Assembly (NCBI GenBank): GCA_945871895.1
Contig: CAMBXP010000003.1
Coordinates: 1,160-65,159 of the forward strand
DNA length: 64,000 nucleotides
Reading direction: 5' to 3'
Origin: Chryseobacterium gleum
GTDB taxonomy: Bacteria; Bacteroidota; Bacteroidia; Flavobacteriales_C; GCA-002722245
Positions 61,403 to 64,000 of the stretch are shown here, one piece after another (the first letter of the stretch is position 1; each line of letters begins with the position of its first letter). The notes under the pieces were generated by a model. That model saw only the letters and a program-made list of their open reading frames with translations. It had not been told where the DNA came from and made no database searches. The position numbers were made by a program, and so were the translations under genes.

Positions 61403-62632
61403 GTGCGCATGAAAAGAATCACCAATTATATCAAAAGCAAACATGGTAATTTTTGTTTGCGTCGCGAACCTGTTGAATTTCCTATGTCATTTCACGATTC
61501 TATTTTTCAGGTTTCCGAGGAGCATTGGACTCAAGTTCAAAAAGTAAACAACAATCTTTATTTGAGTTACGACTACTTAAAGGCCTTAGAAGTATCTCAG
61601 CAAAACATTGATTTTAGATATATTCTTTTTTATAAAAACAACAAGCCTGTTGCCATTGCCTATATTCAGGTATTGCAAGTGAAGTTGGCCGATAGCATTA
61701 AAGATGCGATGTGTTCTCCCATGAATTTTGGTAAGAATTTATTAGGCGGAAAAGAATCGAAATTTTTCGTTTGCGGCAATGTTTTTTCTTCAGGTGAAAA
61801 CGGCTTCGCATACACATTAGATTTATCACAGGAAGATGCATACAAAGCATTGATGAACGGCATTTATCGTTTGCGCCGCGCCGAGAAAGTTTTAGGGGAG
61901 GTTACTTCAGTGATTTTAAAAGAGTTTTGGGAGAAGAATTACGACACTCTTTCTGTGATTAAAAAGTACGATTATCGTGATTTTGAAATAGAGCCGAACT
62001 TAGTGATGAAAATCAATTCGGAGTGGAATACTCTTGATGACTATATCGACGATATCACCAAAAAATACAGAAAGAAATACAAGGAAGTGATGAAGAAATC
62101 GGAAGCTATTGTGAGCAAAGATTTGCATGCAGCCGATATTCTTTTTCATTCAGAAAAGATTAAAGAGTTGTTTGATGCGGTGCACGAAAAAGCCGATTTT
62201 AAATTCGGCCATTTTGATGCTTCGGGCTTTCACGACATGAAAAAAAGTTTGGGAGAACAATTTATTTTCAAAGCTTATTTCTTGAATGATGAAATGCTTG
62301 GATTTGCTGCGCTTTTCAATAACTCAGGAGTGTTAGATGCCAATTATGTTGGCTTGAATTACGAGCTAAATACAACGCACTGCATTTACCATAGAATGCT
62401 CTTCGATTTTGTGCAAGTAGCCATGGATAAAAAATGTTCAGAATTGCATTACGGAAGAACCGCGAGCGAAATAAAATCATCGATTGGCGCAGTGCCAGTG
62501 AACATGAAAATATTTATCCGACATAGAAATACCTTGAGTAATAAGCTAATAAAACCTTTATTGAAATTGATACAGCCAAGTCCGTTTGAACAGCGAAATC
62601 CTTTTAAGGAAACTGCTGTTGCGACTATTTAG
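61403..62632 (+). CDS. hypothetical protein (possible GNAT/FemAB-like acyltransferase fold)
   Basis: 409 aa with no clear motif. The start may be the internal Met at ~61484 (MSFHDS...). Confidence 0.35.
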   Translation: MRMKRITNYIKSKHGNFCLRREPVEFPMSFHDSIFQVSEEHWTQVQKVNNNLYLSYDYLKALEVSQQNIDFRYILFYKNNKPVAIAYIQVLQVKLADSIKDAMCSPMNFGKNLLGGKESKFFVCGNVFSSGENGFAYTLDLSQEDAYKALMNGIYRLRRAEKVLGEVTSVILKEFWEKNYDTLSVIKKYDYRDFEIEPNLVMKINSEWNTLDDYIDDITKKYRKKYKEVMKKSEAIVSKDLHAADILFHSEKIKELFDAVHEKADFKFGHFDASGFHDMKKSLGEQFIFKAYFLNDEMLGFAALFNNSGVLDANYVGLNYELNTTHCIYHRMLFDFVQVAMDKKCSELHYGRTASEIKSSIGAVPVNMKIFIRHRNTLSNKLIKPLLKLIQPSPFEQRNPFKETAVATI

Positions 62633-62640
62633 TAATTGAG

Positions 62641-62830
62641 GTATCGCTTAGCACACCCTGCTCCGTTAAGCTTTCAGCTTAGCGGAATTTTTCTTCAAGA
62701 TTTCATCTTGCTTTGTTCATGAAGCTGCAAGCTTCGGGAAAAGATTCAGCAAAGTTCGCTTCGCTAAACTTGGCAGAGGAGGAGATTTTTTTATTTTTCG
62801 AGGTAAGCGGAACTTTGTCATGGTTAAAGG
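62641..62830. repeat. Composite palindromic intergenic repeat (family B, copy 2, inverted relative to copy 1)
   Basis: The reverse complement of 62720-62778 matches 1053-1111 (CTCTGC[C/T]AAGTTTAGCG[A/C]AGCGAACTTTGCTGAATCTTTTCCCGAAGCTT[G/T]CAGCTTCA). Internal hairpins include ccgttaagc/gcttagcgg. Confidence 0.7.
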
Positions 62831-62834
62831 TGTT

Positions 62835-63149
62835 TTAAATTCCTTGAAGTTTCACATTAAAAGTAATTTGCGTATTCAAAGCTTTAAATACTTTTAGTAT
62901 GGTTTCCAATCGGGCATCATTCAAGCTGTTTTCAATCTTCGATATTTGCGCCTTTTGTACACCTACTAGTTTACCCAATTCTTCTTGTGTTAAGTTTCTC
63001 TCTAATCTTGCCTTTTTTACCGCTTCACCCAATAAATCCAAACGAAGTTCATTTTCAAATGCTTCTCTTTTCGGAGTTCCCTTTTTGCCGATGTGTTTGT
63101 CGGTAATTTCATGGAGGGTGTAGGTTTTCATGATTTTTTTCTTTTCCAT
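62835..63149 (-). CDS. higA: HigA-like antitoxin (XRE-family HTH)
   Basis: HTH_XRE: RLERNLTQEELGKLVGVQKAQISKIENS. It starts 5 bp downstream of the toxin gene. Confidence 0.7.
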   Translation of the reverse strand: MEKKKIMKTYTLHEITDKHIGKKGTPKREAFENELRLDLLGEAVKKARLERNLTQEELGKLVGVQKAQISKIENSLNDARLETILKVFKALNTQITFNVKLQGI

Positions 63150-63153
63150 TTGC

Positions 63154-63507
63154 TTATTTTTTTGAATTAAAATATTGTTTTCGCAAACTTTCAGCTTTTT
63201 CTAATTCACCTGATGGTGTTTTTCCTGTCTTTTTAATGAGTCCGTGTGTAGCAATAATTATAGTTTTTTCTTTGCCTGTTTTATCCCAAAAAGCGAAAAG
63301 TCGGTAATGTGTTTTCTTAAATAGAGTTCTAAATTCCCAAATGTCATCATTTAGCTTTTTAAATAATTCTTTATTGTTTGTTGCCCTTGCTTTGTGGATG
63401 TTGTAGATTATCTTTTCTCTTGCCTTTTCATTTAAGCTGTCAAGAAATTCTACAGCATCTTCTAAAAATTCAACGTTGAATTTTGTAGCTGTTTTTTCAA
63501 TATTCAT
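63154..63507 (-). CDS. higB: HigB-like toxin (Gp49-like / RelE-ParE superfamily)
   Basis: FRTLFKKTHYRLFAFWDKTGKEKTIIIATHGLIKKTGKTPSGELEKAESLRKQYF matches the phage Gp49-like (DUF891) toxin signature. Toxin-first gene order. Confidence 0.7.
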   Translation of the reverse strand: MNIEKTATKFNVEFLEDAVEFLDSLNEKAREKIIYNIHKARATNNKELFKKLNDDIWEFRTLFKKTHYRLFAFWDKTGKEKTIIIATHGLIKKTGKTPSGELEKAESLRKQYFNSKK

Positions 63508-63785
63508 GTAAAAATAAAAGTTTCTTATTTAGGAAACAAGTGTTTTCTTGAAAAAACTAAAAAAATGACTTTTGGTTTTTATATAAGAATGTCTTGTTTT
63601 CTATGTTTAGTTAGTTAATGCGAATACAGTAGGAGTTCCATATTGTTAGACAATAAAACTAGTGAACATAGTTTTTATAACTAAATAGTTTTTCAGCGTT
63701 TTTTAACAAGACTCTTGTGTTTTGCATTTATTTTGATTTAGTGAAAGAGGAAAAATAGTAGAGTAGTGCTTTTACTGAGAATCAT

Positions 63786-64000
63786 GTAGTTTCAAATTTG
63801 CAATTTGAAACGAGGTTGTTGCGATTTTTAATCACTTTTTATATTACGCAACGCGATTAAAAATCGCTGAAAAGAAGATTTCAAATTACGCAAGCTAAAT
63901 TTGAAATTACTGGGTAGTTTCAAATTTGCAATTTGAAACTTTGTTATTGCGATTTTCAATCGCTTTTTAAATTACGCAGCGCGGTTAAAAATCGCTGTAC
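63786..64000. repeat. Tandem ~83-bp palindrome-rich repeat (two units plus spacer), truncated by the window end
   Basis: Unit GTAGTTTCAAATTTGCAATTTGAAAC + ...TTGCGATTTT(T/C)AATC...TTACGCA(A/G)CGCG(A/G)TTAAAAATCGCTG at 63786-63869 and 63915-63998. The 45-bp spacer carries a third ATTTCAAAT...ATTTGAAAT palindrome. Confidence 0.75.

Noticed and set aside
63786-64000. Possible CRISPR array (regularly spaced repeats at the window end)
   Set aside because: The units are ~83 bp, twice CRISPR repeat length, with internal nested palindromes. Only two units are visible. The spacer itself contains a related palindrome. No cas genes lie within 64 kb. The structure fits a REP or iteron-like tandem repeat instead.

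Overview
This window is chromosomal DNA from a Bacteroidota organism (Flavobacteriia/Sphingobacteriia-like; low GC; T9SS C-terminal sorting domain; GTG/TTG starts). It is almost fully coding, mixing a conserved core with accessory, IS-disrupted and repeat-rich patches.

Core content: the 3' end of an ABC-F (EttA-like) ATPase, hisS, an LptD-like OstA-domain outer-membrane protein, an AmiC-type amidase, MlaD, and a split HdrD/GlcF-like heme/Fe-S oxidoreductase. Further on is the classical rif/str region: rpsU, a Xer-like tyrosine recombinase, hpf, tRNA-Thr(TGT)-Tyr-Gly-Thr(GGT), tuf, tRNA-Trp, secE, nusG, rplK-rplA-rplJ-rplL, an attenuator hairpin, rpoB-rpoC and a DUF3467 gene. After that come nagA, a transglutaminase-like protein, a CBS-domain PLP enzyme, a LolE-like permease, NamZ (DUF1343), a Tat-signal pirin, an FKBP isomerase and a HigB/HigA-like toxin-antitoxin pair.

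Accessory features:
- A surface-glycan island (kdsA, GT4, SAM-methyltransferase, three GT2, a GnT-I-like GT, a LicC-like nucleotidyltransferase, AsnB) interrupted by a frameshifted IS3 element, an intact IS1595 element with perfect 22-bp inverted repeats, and a decayed IS5-family remnant.
- A tight six-gene operon: ferritin-like diiron protein, membrane protein, NodU/CmcH carbamoyltransferase, DUF5989 (SxtK-like, GTG start, missed by the ORF track), SxtJ-like protein, DUF417.
- Two families of palindromic intergenic repeats, plus a tandem palindromic repeat at the window end, lying next to the accessory ORF6N and HigBA genes.
- A BepA-like M48 peptidase whose HExxH motif reads RExxH.
- A 1156-aa T9SS cargo protein.

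No CRISPR array or recognisable defence island was found.
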